A stretch of 64,000 bases of DNA, from assembly GCA_964609245.1 (NCBI GenBank), contig CAZSSB010000014.1, positions 769 to 64,768 on the forward strand, read 5' to 3'. Made by a program: the position numbers and the translations under genes. This document shows positions 49,866 to 59,233 of this stretch, piece by piece; the stretch's first letter is position 1; every line of letters starts with the position of its first letter. The notes beneath the pieces were generated by a model. The model did not search any database, was not told the origin of the DNA, and saw only the letters and a program-made list of their open reading frames with translations. Source of the stretch: an uncultured Planctomycetales bacterium. Lineage in GTDB: Bacteria; 4484-113; JAFGCY01.

Positions 49866-51575
49866 ATGTTTACGCGTACCGGGGCAACATCGAGCGGCAG
49901 TTTGCGGCGCGAGAGAACCTCACCCGAACCGGAAGCCCAGCGGGCCTTCCACCGGGTGGCAAAGCGTTTCTTCGACTGGCTGATGCGCCAGTATCCGGGC
50001 ACTGCCACCCACATGGGTATTCACGACTATGACAGCCGCCTGGCCAACTACGCACCCAAGGCGCTCTCCGATCGACGCGAGCGGCGCGAGGCCTTTCTGA
50101 AGGAATTCCAGGCCGTACCGGCCCGGGGACTGGATCTCGACAGCAAGGTCGAGCGCAAGTTGATGATCGACCAGCTGCGGGCCGCCATCACCCTCGACCG
50201 GAAGTGGCCCACCGAGGAGCGCAATCCCGGGCTGTTTCTCGATGACGGTGTCTACTCCTGCTACGCGATCACCGTTCGGGAGTGCGGCGATGCGGAGGAA
50301 GCCGCACAGAAGATGACCGAGCGGCTCCTGGCCTTCCCGCGGATGCTCAGCCAGGGCCGCAAGCTGGTGGTCAGGCCGACGCGCATCAACTGCGAAGTGG
50401 CGCTACTCAGCGGCCAGGGAGCGATCAGCTTCTTCAAGGACACCGTCGCCAAGTTCGCCAAGCGGGTCAAGCAGGCCAGGACGCGCCAGGCGATGCGGGA
50501 TGCGGCGCAGCAGGCTGAGGAGGCGGTGCAGGAGTACCTGCACTGGATCGAGCAGGAGTTGCTGCCCACCGCCAGCGAGGAATTCGCCTACGGCCGCGAC
50601 CTGTTCGAGCTGCTGCTCAAGAAGAGGCACCAGCTGGACATCGACGCCGATGAGCTGCTGCGGTTCGGCAAGCGGGTCTATCGCCAGACGGTCAACGAGT
50701 TGACTCAGACGGCCGCGCGCCTGAACAAGCGCTACACCTGGGAAGAGCAGGTCGAGATACTGAAGCGCGACCATCCGACCAACAGCGAGCTTGTGCAGTA
50801 CTACGCCGACGAGATGAAGCGGGCCAAGCGCTTCGTGATCGAGCACCGGCTGGTCGACATCCCCGAAGGCGAGAAGATCGACGTCGTCCCGACGCCGGAG
50901 TTCGCCCGGCCGATCATCCCTTACGCCGCGTACATGTCGCCGGCGCCGTTCGAGAAGGAGCAGCGCGGCATCTTCTGGGTCACGCCCGTCGACCGCGACA
51001 AGACGCCGGCGCAGATGGAGGAGCAGCTGCGGGGTCACAGCGTGCATGGCATCGTGGTCACGGCGCTGCACGAGGCCTATCCGGGACACCATCTGCAGCT
51101 GACGGTCGGCAACCTGCTGAGACACCGGCCGCTGCGGATGCTGCTGGGCACCAGCGTTTTCAACGAAGGCTGGGCGCTCTACTGCGAGCAGCTGATGTGG
51201 GAGCAGGGCTTTTACGACGATCTGCGGGCGCGGCTGCTCCAGCTCAAGGACCAGTTGTGGCGGGCCTGCCGCGTGATCCTGGACGTCAATCTCCACGTCG
51301 GCGGCTGGTCGTTCGACAAGGGCGTCAAGTTCCTGGTGGAGAAGGCTAAGCTGGAGCCGCCGAACGCCGCGGCGGAGGTCCGGCGCTACTGCCAGACGCC
51401 CACACAGCCCATGAGCTACGCGGTGGGTAAGGAGCAGGTACTGGCGGTCCTCGACGACTACCGCAAGATGCGCGCCGGCGCCTTCAACCTGCGCCAGTTC
51501 CACAACGAGCTGATCCGGCACGGCAGCCTGCCCGTCAAGCAGCTCAGGCAGCTGATGGGCCTCCCAAAGGGCTAG
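49866..51575 (+). CDS. DUF885-family protein (putative metallopeptidase-like)
   Basis: 569 aa. The signature HEAYPGHHLQ and the overall collinear blocks (FWVTPVD, NEGWALYCEQLM) are typical of DUF885. Confidence 0.8.
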   Translation: MFTRTGATSSGSLRRERTSPEPEAQRAFHRVAKRFFDWLMRQYPGTATHMGIHDYDSRLANYAPKALSDRRERREAFLKEFQAVPARGLDLDSKVERKLMIDQLRAAITLDRKWPTEERNPGLFLDDGVYSCYAITVRECGDAEEAAQKMTERLLAFPRMLSQGRKLVVRPTRINCEVALLSGQGAISFFKDTVAKFAKRVKQARTRQAMRDAAQQAEEAVQEYLHWIEQELLPTASEEFAYGRDLFELLLKKRHQLDIDADELLRFGKRVYRQTVNELTQTAARLNKRYTWEEQVEILKRDHPTNSELVQYYADEMKRAKRFVIEHRLVDIPEGEKIDVVPTPEFARPIIPYAAYMSPAPFEKEQRGIFWVTPVDRDKTPAQMEEQLRGHSVHGIVVTALHEAYPGHHLQLTVGNLLRHRPLRMLLGTSVFNEGWALYCEQLMWEQGFYDDLRARLLQLKDQLWRACRVILDVNLHVGGWSFDKGVKFLVEKAKLEPPNAAAEVRRYCQTPTQPMSYAVGKEQVLAVLDDYRKMRAGAFNLRQFHNELIRHGSLPVKQLRQLMGLPKG

Positions 51576-51626
51576 CCGTCCGGCAGCAAATCCGCCCGTA
51601 ATTGGGTTTCGCCCGGCCACGCGCCG

Positions 51627-51635
51627 TGTTAGACT
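51627..51635 (+). promoter_or_regulatory. Extended -10 element TGTTAGACT exactly 6 nt upstream of ATG 51642 (leaderless candidate)
   Basis: TGnTAGACT, then ACATTC, then ATG. There is no RBS between them. Confidence 0.35.
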
Positions 51636-51641
51636 ACATTC

Positions 51642-53849
51642 ATGGGGAAGATTACCATTTGCACCCTTGCGCTTCTGGTCGCATGCATGCTGGCCGGGTG
51701 CGCCGGCAGTCGGCAGGTGACGGCCGAGAATCCGACCGACCTACCGGCGGTTGGCGAGGCACCGCTGGACGGTTTCGGTCTGCCGAGTCCGTCCGAGCTG
51801 CGGCTCTCCGCCTATCTGGAGACCGACCTGATAGCACTGGGCAGCGACTACATCGCGGAGTACCCGATCAACAACGTCGAGATCACGGGCACGCGGTCGA
51901 TATTCTCGCCGGCTTGGAGCGAGGAATCGCCCTCGCTGGACGGCTTGGCGGTAGCGATCTTCGAGTTTCTGATCACCGACTACGATCGTGACTACGTCCT
52001 GAGCTTTGATTGGGCGGCGGTCGGCGATCGGGACCAGGTCTGGATCGGTCTGGGCAACGTCGGCGACGATCGCTGGGACTGGTGCATGCTGCCCGCTGAG
52101 GACACAATGCCGTTCAGCGGCGGCGCTCACCTTTACTACCCCGGCGGCCGTCTGCTGGTCGCCGTGGCGATGACGGGCACCATCCCCTTCCAGCTCTCGC
52201 GAATTCGAGTCGGCACCCCGCTTGATGCGCTCGAGCCGCCGACAGACGTCCAGGCCGGCGACGGTACCGACTACCGCTGGGTGGAAGTCAGCTGGACCCG
52301 GTCCGTCGGGGCGCTGGAGTACGAGATCTACCGCGATACCGAGGACGAGCCCGTCACAATCGTCGGCGATGTCGACAGCTGGCGGGATACCGAGGTCGCG
52401 CAGCTGGACGTGCATACTTACATGCTGCGGGCGGTCAACGAGGTGACTGTCAGCGAGCTGAGCGAGAGCGACACCGGCTTCCGCGCCGAAGGCCCACCCG
52501 ACTCACCAACCAACGTGCAGGCCACTGACGGAACTTACCCGGACAAGATACGCGTTACCTGGACCAAGTCGGCGGGCGCCACGGGCTATAACGTGTATCG
52601 GGACTCCCAGTCGGCGAAGATCGCGGAGCTTGGCGATGTCAATGTCTTTGACGACTTCTGGGTGCTGAATACGAACCCCCACGAATACTGGGTCGCCGCC
52701 ACCAATGCGCACGGCGTTGGGCCGTTCAGTGGAAGCGACACCGGCTATCTGGGTGACGAACCGCCGCCGCCGCCCGATCCGCCGACCAACGTACAGGCCA
52801 CGGACGGCACGTACCTGGACAGGGTTGTCGTCACGTGGACCAAGTCCGCTGAGGCGACGCACTACGACATCTATCGCGACCTCCAGACCAATCTGATCGG
52901 GTCAATCGGTGATGCGGATTCCTTTGATGACTTGACGCTGATTGATACGGATGTCCACGAGTACTGGGTCCGCCCTTGGAACACCTACGGTACCGGTGAT
53001 TACAGCGATTCGGACACCGGCTACGTCGGCTGGATTCCGCCACCTGATCCCCCCACTGATCTGGCCGCCACCGATGGCACACATGATGACAGGATCGTGT
53101 TGACCTGGACCAAGTCCACCGGTGCGACAGGTTACGAGATCTACCGCGACCTACAGGGCTATCTGATGGACACCGTCGGCGACGTGGATACCTATGATGA
53201 TACGTCGGTCACGGACACCAACAGCCACACCTACTGGCTGAAGGCGGTCGATGAGAACGGCACCAGCGAGCACTGCGACCCGGACGACGGCTATCGCGGC
53301 ACCATGCCCACGCCGGACATTCCCACCAATCTGGATGCCAGTGACGGCACCTACGCGGACAAGGTGGTGCTGACCTGGACCAAGTCGGCCAACGCCAGCG
53401 GCTACTACATTTACCGCGACCTGACCTCCATCATCTACGACACGGTCGGTGACGTCGACACCTACGACGACACCGATCAGCCTGAGCCGAACGTGCACAC
53501 TTACTGGCTGCGCGCCTTCAACCTTGACGACGAAAGCGACCTGAGCGACTCGGACACCGGCTATCGCGAATCGTTTGCTCCCGACCCGCCTGAGGACCTG
53601 GCGGCCAGTGACGGCACGTATACCGACTTCATTCGGCTGACCTGGACCAAGTCCGACGGCGCCGAAGGCTACAAGATCTACCGCGATAGCACATCCGGTG
53701 CACCGCTAACAGAGGTCGGCGATGTCGCCACCTGGGACGATCAGTCAGTGCCAAACGCCAGCACCCATACATACTGGCTGCGGGCGACCAACTACGACGG
53801 CGACAGCGACTTAAGCGATCCGGATGACGGCTACCTCGGCAGCGAATAG
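51642..53849 (+). CDS. Lipoprotein with shared N-terminal domain and six ~90-aa Fn3-like repeats
   Basis: Lipobox LLVACMLAGC. From about nt 52230 there are six repeats of PPDxPTNVQATDGTYxDKIxVTWTKSxGATGYxIYRD...GDVDTYDD...HxYWVxAxN...SDSDTGY, with a period of about 273 nt. Confidence 0.85.
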   Translation: MGKITICTLALLVACMLAGCAGSRQVTAENPTDLPAVGEAPLDGFGLPSPSELRLSAYLETDLIALGSDYIAEYPINNVEITGTRSIFSPAWSEESPSLDGLAVAIFEFLITDYDRDYVLSFDWAAVGDRDQVWIGLGNVGDDRWDWCMLPAEDTMPFSGGAHLYYPGGRLLVAVAMTGTIPFQLSRIRVGTPLDALEPPTDVQAGDGTDYRWVEVSWTRSVGALEYEIYRDTEDEPVTIVGDVDSWRDTEVAQLDVHTYMLRAVNEVTVSELSESDTGFRAEGPPDSPTNVQATDGTYPDKIRVTWTKSAGATGYNVYRDSQSAKIAELGDVNVFDDFWVLNTNPHEYWVAATNAHGVGPFSGSDTGYLGDEPPPPPDPPTNVQATDGTYLDRVVVTWTKSAEATHYDIYRDLQTNLIGSIGDADSFDDLTLIDTDVHEYWVRPWNTYGTGDYSDSDTGYVGWIPPPDPPTDLAATDGTHDDRIVLTWTKSTGATGYEIYRDLQGYLMDTVGDVDTYDDTSVTDTNSHTYWLKAVDENGTSEHCDPDDGYRGTMPTPDIPTNLDASDGTYADKVVLTWTKSANASGYYIYRDLTSIIYDTVGDVDTYDDTDQPEPNVHTYWLRAFNLDDESDLSDSDTGYRESFAPDPPEDLAASDGTYTDFIRLTWTKSDGAEGYKIYRDSTSGAPLTEVGDVATWDDQSVPNASTHTYWLRATNYDGDSDLSDPDDGYLGSE

Positions 53850-53871
53850 CTCCCCGGCCGCGCAGCTGGCA

Positions 53872-53894
53872 GTCGTCTGCATACGGCAGGCGAC
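53872..53894. terminator. Stem-loop between convergent genes (possible bidirectional terminator, no U-tract)
   Basis: GTCGTCTGC (53872-53880) pairs with GCAGGCGAC (53886-53894). The stem is 9 bp including one G-U pair, with loop ATACG. It lies between stops at 53849 and 53903. Confidence 0.3.
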
Positions 53895-53902
53895 GCCGTC
53901 CA

Positions 53903-55720
53903 CTACGGGGCCAGTGCCGCCAGTCCCGGATAGTCTCCGCTGATCCGGGTCGCCCGAAAGATGCTGTGATTGAAGCCGTCAGGATACGGATTGGTGTAGT
54001 CCCAGACCAGTTCGCCTTCCAGCGTGACTTCGAGCATCCACCCGGAGTCCCCCAGGCTGATCAACGTGTTACCGTCGGGCAGGCGCTGCGCCCCGGACAT
54101 TGATGAAGAGAACATGCCGGTCGGCGGGTTGTGGATGTAGGTCCAGCAGGGCTCCTCGGGACCGAAGAACGTGCCCGCCAGCACGTAGTTCCCTTCCTCG
54201 TCCGTCGGCGGAATCAGTTCATAGACGGTCGAGAAGCGTCCCGTGGCGAAGCTCCCGTTGTTGAACAGCAGCAGATGGCCGGCGCCGGGGTAGCCATCCG
54301 GTATCCACTGGACGTCGTGCTGCCCTTCCAGCTGCTTGCTGCCGCCGCTGACCACGCCATACGCCTGTGGATTGCCCCAGCGATAGAGCAGATCCCCGCC
54401 GCGTCCCCACCGACCACCGCCGTGCCCGGCGGCTTCCTCACTGGTAGTGCTATGATCGATAATCCACAGCTCATCGAAGCCGTGGATGCTGAGTGCGATC
54501 TGGTCGAGGTCCGCGTTGTAGTCCACCGCGTTGCAGTGCGTCCAGTCCCGATGGCCGTGGTCGGCGTAGTTGACGTCCACGAGTTCGAGATGCTCGGACA
54601 CGTCACCGTAGTTGGGCAGCAGCGGATCGACGTCCTGCACGATGTGATCCCAGGAGTGCCACTCCCAGACCACCTCGTGGCCGCTGCTTTCCAGCGGCCC
54701 GATCTCCAGAATGCAGTCCGCGTAGACCTCGCCATCCTCCAGCAGGTCCGGTAACCGTCCGGCCGCCAGCGCATGCTCCTCGGCGATCCGCTCCCAGGCC
54801 GTGACCAGAATGTTGCCGCCCGGCAGCGGCTCGATGTCATGGTGCTGCAGCAGCGTGTCGGTGGATACTTCGGAGGACCAGACAACGCTGCCGTCCCAGG
54901 CCAGTTCCTGGATCAGCCCCCCCGCCCCGGGGCCCTGCTGCAGGACAGAGCCCGCCAGCGCGGAACTGCGCAGCAGGTGGCCATCCTCCAGCAGATAGAC
55001 CGAGGCAGCCGGCTTGAAGTCGCTAGGCCAGCTGTGCGCTACGTTGCCTTCGTTGTCCACGAGGTAGGTGGTTGTCCCCATCATCGGGGCGAACAGGTTG
55101 TAGGGCACGGGCGGCTCGGGCTCCGGTCCGAAGCCGATTGTGGCCAGCGAGAATGCTCCGTCGTCCAGCAGCATCACGGCGGCGAAGCAGCGCTGTTCGG
55201 CGTCACTGTGACGTTCAGGCTCGGCCAGCACCAGTTCATTGCCTGCCAGCTGGTGCCATTGCCAGTTGCCGGCCTGCCAGTCCGCCAGGGCGATCCAGCA
55301 GGTTCCCGCCGCCGGCGCCAGCCCATCCCAGGCCAGCGTCAGCGTGGGAGTTTCCTGCGATGCGTCCAGCCTCAAACGATACAGGCAATAAGCGGCCTCA
55401 TCCAGCGAACCGAGCCGCCCGTCTTCGCAGGCCGGCGTCAGGATTCCCAGCGGTGTGGAGACAAACGCCAGGTTGTTGGGCAGGTCGGCCGCGAATGCAG
55501 CTCCAACCTGTTCGGACAAGAACTCATCGCTGGCGGCAGCAAGCCTGCTGACTGCCGGCAACGGCACGCCGCGTCTCTCGCCAACCGCATCGTACGCGGA
55601 AGCATCCGCCGGCTGAACAGGGCTCAAGTTGACGGAGTGCGCTCCTCCGCAGCCAGCCAGCATGAACAGCACCGACGCTGCACACAGCATGGTCCCCCAG
55701 TGTTTCCACATCTGACTCAT
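53903..55720 (-). CDS. Arylsulfotransferase (ASST)-family-like beta-propeller lipoprotein with shared N-terminal domain
   Basis: Start re-set to ATG 55720 (MSQMWKHWGTMLCAASVLFMLAGC, lipobox; AGGAGG upstream). ASST-like blocks: LQHHDIEPLPGGNILVTAWE, VVWEWHSWDH, DWTHCNAVDYN, LYRWGNPQAYG. Confidence 0.65.
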   Translation of the reverse strand: MSQMWKHWGTMLCAASVLFMLAGCGGAHSVNLSPVQPADASAYDAVGERRGVPLPAVSRLAAASDEFLSEQVGAAFAADLPNNLAFVSTPLGILTPACEDGRLGSLDEAAYCLYRLRLDASQETPTLTLAWDGLAPAAGTCWIALADWQAGNWQWHQLAGNELVLAEPERHSDAEQRCFAAVMLLDDGAFSLATIGFGPEPEPPVPYNLFAPMMGTTTYLVDNEGNVAHSWPSDFKPAASVYLLEDGHLLRSSALAGSVLQQGPGAGGLIQELAWDGSVVWSSEVSTDTLLQHHDIEPLPGGNILVTAWERIAEEHALAAGRLPDLLEDGEVYADCILEIGPLESSGHEVVWEWHSWDHIVQDVDPLLPNYGDVSEHLELVDVNYADHGHRDWTHCNAVDYNADLDQIALSIHGFDELWIIDHSTTSEEAAGHGGGRWGRGGDLLYRWGNPQAYGVVSGGSKQLEGQHDVQWIPDGYPGAGHLLLFNNGSFATGRFSTVYELIPPTDEEGNYVLAGTFFGPEEPCWTYIHNPPTGMFSSSMSGAQRLPDGNTLISLGDSGWMLEVTLEGELVWDYTNPYPDGFNHSIFRATRISGDYPGLAALAP

Positions 55721-55841
55721 GACCTCCTGCTCTGTCCCTCCTGCTCCACACTCACTCCCCGCGGCTGTCAGCCGCGCGGTCGCTGGCAAGTCAGCCCGAG
55801 TAATGTGGAAGCAGCCAGCCGGTATGGAAGATTATACCGGA

Positions 55842-57098
55842 TTAGACGCTATGCCGGCCCTCATAGATGGCGCGCACGATGTCGCTGAGTTCCGGCTCCT
55901 GCAGCTGCAGGTCGTCCACCTCGAAGTGCTCCATCAGCCGGCCGATCACCTCGCCGCCGCGATAGCGCGTGCGGTCGAAGCTCAACTGATACTGGCGCAG
56001 ATTCAGCCGTCGAACCTTCAGCCACCCGTCATCAGCCATCAGCGACGCCAGTTCCGCCATGAATTGCCGCGCGCCGGGCTCGTCGAGCGAGTTGACTGCG
56101 GTCTCCTCATCCGCCACCGCCTCCACCTCCGCCGCGCCGCCGTCGCCCACGACTGCGGGCCGGTCCTGGGCCTCGGCGGCGGGCACGTCCACGGCGGGCG
56201 CCTCGCCGCCGGTCTCACCGCGCAGCTCCAGCCTCACCGGATCCAGTCCGGCGAAGGCGATCGGCACCTCCGCCCCCGGCAGTGGTCTGGCCGCGTAGTC
56301 CGGCAGGTAGTCGCGCTTGAAGCTGACGATCACGCGCCGGCGGCGTCCGAAGCGTTCCTTGATCGCCTCGGTGGCGCCGTCGTAGATCACCCGGCCCTGG
56401 TCGATGATGATGATCCGCGGGCAGAGCTCCTCAATGTCGGTCAGGTCGTGGGTCGTCAGGATGATGGTGGTGTGCTCCTCGCGGTTGATATAGCGGATGA
56501 AGCGCCGGATGCGCTCCTTGACCGCCACGTCGAGGCCGATCGTCGGCTCGTCGAGGAACAGCAGCGGCGGGCGGTGCAGCAGGCTGGCGCAGAGGTCGCA
56601 CTTCATCCGCTGGCCGAGGCTCAGCTTGCGCACCGGCAGGTACAGCTGCTCGCCGATATCGAGCACCTCGATGAAGCCGTCCAGCCGCCGGCGGTAGACA
56701 TCCGGCGGCACCTGGTAGATCTTCTGCAGCAGGTTGAAGGCCTCGATCACCGCCAGGTCCCACCACAGCTGGGTGCGCTGGCCGAAGACCACGCCGATCT
56801 GCCGGGCGTGGGCATAGCGGTGCTTTTGCGGCACCAGGCCATTGATTGCCATCGCGCCGGCCGTCGGCGTCAGGATGCCGGTCAGCATCTTGATCGTGGT
56901 CGATTTGCCGGCGCCGTTGGCACCGATATAGCCCACCATCTCGCCGCGCTCGATGCTGAAACTCACGCCGTCGACGGCCCGAATGTCGCGATAGCGGCGG
57001 CTGAACAGATCGATCAGCGCGCCGCCGATGCCCTCGCGGCGGTCGAAGCTGCGATAGACCTTGGTCAGACCCGCCACGCTGATGATCGCCTCGCCCAC
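55842..57098 (-). CDS. ABC transporter ATP-binding protein with ~170-aa C-terminal extension; no adjacent permease
   Basis: Walker A GANGAGKST, signature LSLGQRMK, Walker B LLFLDEPTIGLD, H-loop TTHD. The C-terminal extension contains an acidic/Ala-rich segment and ends EVDDLQLQEPELSDIVRAIYEG. Confidence 0.85.
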   Translation of the reverse strand: MGEAIISVAGLTKVYRSFDRREGIGGALIDLFSRRYRDIRAVDGVSFSIERGEMVGYIGANGAGKSTTIKMLTGILTPTAGAMAINGLVPQKHRYAHARQIGVVFGQRTQLWWDLAVIEAFNLLQKIYQVPPDVYRRRLDGFIEVLDIGEQLYLPVRKLSLGQRMKCDLCASLLHRPPLLFLDEPTIGLDVAVKERIRRFIRYINREEHTTIILTTHDLTDIEELCPRIIIIDQGRVIYDGATEAIKERFGRRRRVIVSFKRDYLPDYAARPLPGAEVPIAFAGLDPVRLELRGETGGEAPAVDVPAAEAQDRPAVVGDGGAAEVEAVADEETAVNSLDEPGARQFMAELASLMADDGWLKVRRLNLRQYQLSFDRTRYRGGEVIGRLMEHFEVDDLQLQEPELSDIVRAIYEGRHSV

Positions 57099-57134
57099 GG
57101 CGCCATATCTTAGCGCGCAGCCGGCTCCGTACGC

Positions 57135-58295
57135 CTACAGCCCGATCCACTCCAGCGCGGCGCGCAGAGCTTCCTCCGGTACGGCGTGGCCGCCGTCGAA
57201 CTCAAAGAGCTCCACCGCGAAACCATGCTCCACCAGCGTGTCGCGGGCGTTGTAGGATTCCTCGGGCTCGACCAGCGTGTCACTGAGGCCCTGCGCGATG
57301 AAGACCGGCACGTAGTTGGTCTTGTACAGCCAATCGTCCGTGAAATGGTCATTCTCCAGCCAGCCCGCGAAACAGATCAGGCCGTCGAACATCCAGGGAT
57401 AGGACAGGCCCACGTTGTAGGTCATCACGCATCCCTGGGAGAAGCCCATCAGATAGACATCACTGATGCGGTAGTGTTCCTGCAGCTCGCCGGTCACCTC
57501 GAGGATGTACTGCTCAGACATCTCTCTGGCGGCTAGCCACGATTCCTCATCATCTTCGGCGCCCTCGATCCAGCTGTAGCCGATCTGCTTGCCGGGCAGG
57601 TACGGATAGGGGCCCTGGGGTGCGGCGTAGATGAAGCCCGAGCTGTCGATATCACGGCGCTCAAGCAAGCCGATGAAGTTGTCCGGGTTGTCGCCGTAGC
57701 CGTGTAGGCCGATCAGCAGCGGGTATTCCACCTCCGGGTCGTAGTCCGGTGGCAGCTGCACACGGCAGCTGAGCAGTACCGGTGATTCCACGAGGATTTC
57801 CTCTCCCACGCCCGCGTGACGCTCCTCGATCGCTTCGCCGATGCGCTCCCACGACTCCTGAAACGCCGGATCCTCGCGCACTGACTCAAAGTCCGGATCC
57901 CAGGATGCCCAGTCATAGTCGTCGTAGCCGGCGCCAAAGGCCGCCTCCAGCGCGAAGCCGGCCATCATCGGGTACTCCAGCAGGCCGTAGCAGCAGGCCA
58001 GATCGTACAGCGCGCCGCTGTCGTCGATATTGCGTCGTAGCAGCGCAATGAAGTACCTGGCCGCCTTCTCGTAGTCACCCGCCTGATAGGCCAGGCGCGC
58101 CTGGCGGCCGTACTCCTCGTAGTCGAACGCCAGCAGCTCGCCCGGAGCTATCGAGTACGGGTCGATGCTGTCCACGTAGACCGTGTCGATCGAATCCGGC
58201 ACATCCTCGGTCTCATCCTGCGCCGTGACAGGAGCTGCGACCAGCAGCCAGCCTGCGCAAACCAACAACAGCCTGCCGAAGCTCTTGCACATCAT
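57135..58295 (-). CDS. Secreted alpha/beta-hydrolase (phospholipase/carboxylesterase family) with N-terminal TPR-like region
   Basis: Start re-set to ATG 58295 (GGGAGGAAGAGG upstream). Signal peptide MMCKSFGRLLLVCAGWLLVAAPVTA. Matching blocks: LLIGLHGYGDNPDNF, nucleophile elbow LMGFSQG, and C-terminal FEFDGGHAVPEE. Confidence 0.75.
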   Translation of the reverse strand: MMCKSFGRLLLVCAGWLLVAAPVTAQDETEDVPDSIDTVYVDSIDPYSIAPGELLAFDYEEYGRQARLAYQAGDYEKAARYFIALLRRNIDDSGALYDLACCYGLLEYPMMAGFALEAAFGAGYDDYDWASWDPDFESVREDPAFQESWERIGEAIEERHAGVGEEILVESPVLLSCRVQLPPDYDPEVEYPLLIGLHGYGDNPDNFIGLLERRDIDSSGFIYAAPQGPYPYLPGKQIGYSWIEGAEDDEESWLAAREMSEQYILEVTGELQEHYRISDVYLMGFSQGCVMTYNVGLSYPWMFDGLICFAGWLENDHFTDDWLYKTNYVPVFIAQGLSDTLVEPEESYNARDTLVEHGFAVELFEFDGGHAVPEEALRAALEWIGL

Positions 58296-58348
58296 GCCTC
58301 TTCCTCCCGGTTGTCCAGTATCACATCGCCGCGTTGCCATTCCGCGGT

Positions 58349-59194
58349 TCACGCCGGCAGCTCGCGTACCCGCCGCAGCAACGCCGCCAGCGTCTCTGCC
58401 TTGCTGCCACTCAGTACTTCGTCGGCGTGTTGCTCCAGCCCGCCGGTGCTCTGGGGCATCGCCACGCCATGGGCCGCCCACTCGATCATCGCCTGGTCGT
58501 TGACGTCGTCTCCGACCGCCAGTACCCGCTGCTGCCCGATCCCCAGGCGCGCGGCGAAGAAGGCCAGCGCGCTGCCCTTGTTGGCCTCCGGGCTGAACAG
58601 CTCCAGTGTCCGCGATGGAACCAGCGGCCAGTGCACCGCCAGCGCCAGCACCTGCCCGTCGTAGCGGCCCCGAATCGCATCCCGCAGCCGCAGCACCTCA
58701 GCGTCCGGCGCGGGCATCGCCACCTGTGTAATCTCATAGCCTGCCATCTCGGCCGGATCCTGGATGCGGCGTGCCTGTCCGGCCCAGCGCTCGAGGTATT
58801 CATCCAGCGCGGGCGTCGGCTGCCGGTCGAGACAGAAGAACTCGAAACCCGTCCGGCTGGCATCGACGTAGAAGTTGGCGGAGTACGGCGCCAGCAGCTC
58901 TGCGATCGGCTGCACCAGTTCCGAGGGAAACATCCGGCGCTCCAGCTGCTTCCAGCCCGGGTACTCCCAGAGCAGGCAGCCGCTGTTGGTGGCGGCCAGC
59001 GCCGGCAATCCAATCGCGTCGAGATGCTTGCCGGCGGTGTGGGGACGCCGGCCGGTCAGGAACGCCAGCGCGATCCCCGCCCGGCGGCAGGCTTGCAGCT
59101 GTTCGCGCACGGCCGGCATCACCTCGTTGTTACCGTCCACGACGGTGCCGTCGAGGTCCAGACCGATCAGTTGCGGGCGCGCGGCGATGCTCAC
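58349..59194 (-). CDS. HAD-superfamily hydrolase, Cof-type (subfamily IIB)
   Basis: Start re-set to GTG 59194 (MSIAARPQLIGLDLDGTVV, motif I DxDGT). Motif II is FLTGRR. Motif III/IV is NKGSAL...AVGDDVNDQAMI. The track ORF (460 aa) is over-extended. Confidence 0.8.
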   Translation of the reverse strand: MSIAARPQLIGLDLDGTVVDGNNEVMPAVREQLQACRRAGIALAFLTGRRPHTAGKHLDAIGLPALAATNSGCLLWEYPGWKQLERRMFPSELVQPIAELLAPYSANFYVDASRTGFEFFCLDRQPTPALDEYLERWAGQARRIQDPAEMAGYEITQVAMPAPDAEVLRLRDAIRGRYDGQVLALAVHWPLVPSRTLELFSPEANKGSALAFFAARLGIGQQRVLAVGDDVNDQAMIEWAAHGVAMPQSTGGLEQHADEVLSGSKAETLAALLRRVRELPA

Positions 59195-59200
59195 GGCGGC

Positions 59201-59206
59201 ATTATA
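59201..59206 (-). promoter_or_regulatory. TATAAT box 6 nt upstream of GTG 59194 (leaderless candidate)
   Basis: Minus strand reads GGGTATAAT-GCCGCC-GTG. There is no RBS. Confidence 0.35.
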
Positions 59207-59221
59207 CCCACTGTTTTCCGC

Positions 59222-59227
59222 TATACT
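59222..59227 (+). promoter_or_regulatory. TATACT box 6 nt upstream of ATG 59234 (leaderless candidate)
   Basis: Plus strand reads GCTATACT-TGCCCC-ATG. There is no RBS. It is back-to-back with the HAD -10 box, 15 bp away. Confidence 0.35.
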
Positions 59228-59233
59228 TGCCCC

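Noticed and set aside
58334-59233. Upstream 300 codons of the + ORF 58334..59503, and the 460-aa version of the - ORF 58349..59731
   Set aside because: The + ORF is antisense to the HAD hydrolase gene until the ATG at 59234. The - ORF extension upstream of GTG 59194 is antisense to the small ORF and the exporter start and adds no HAD-like sequence.
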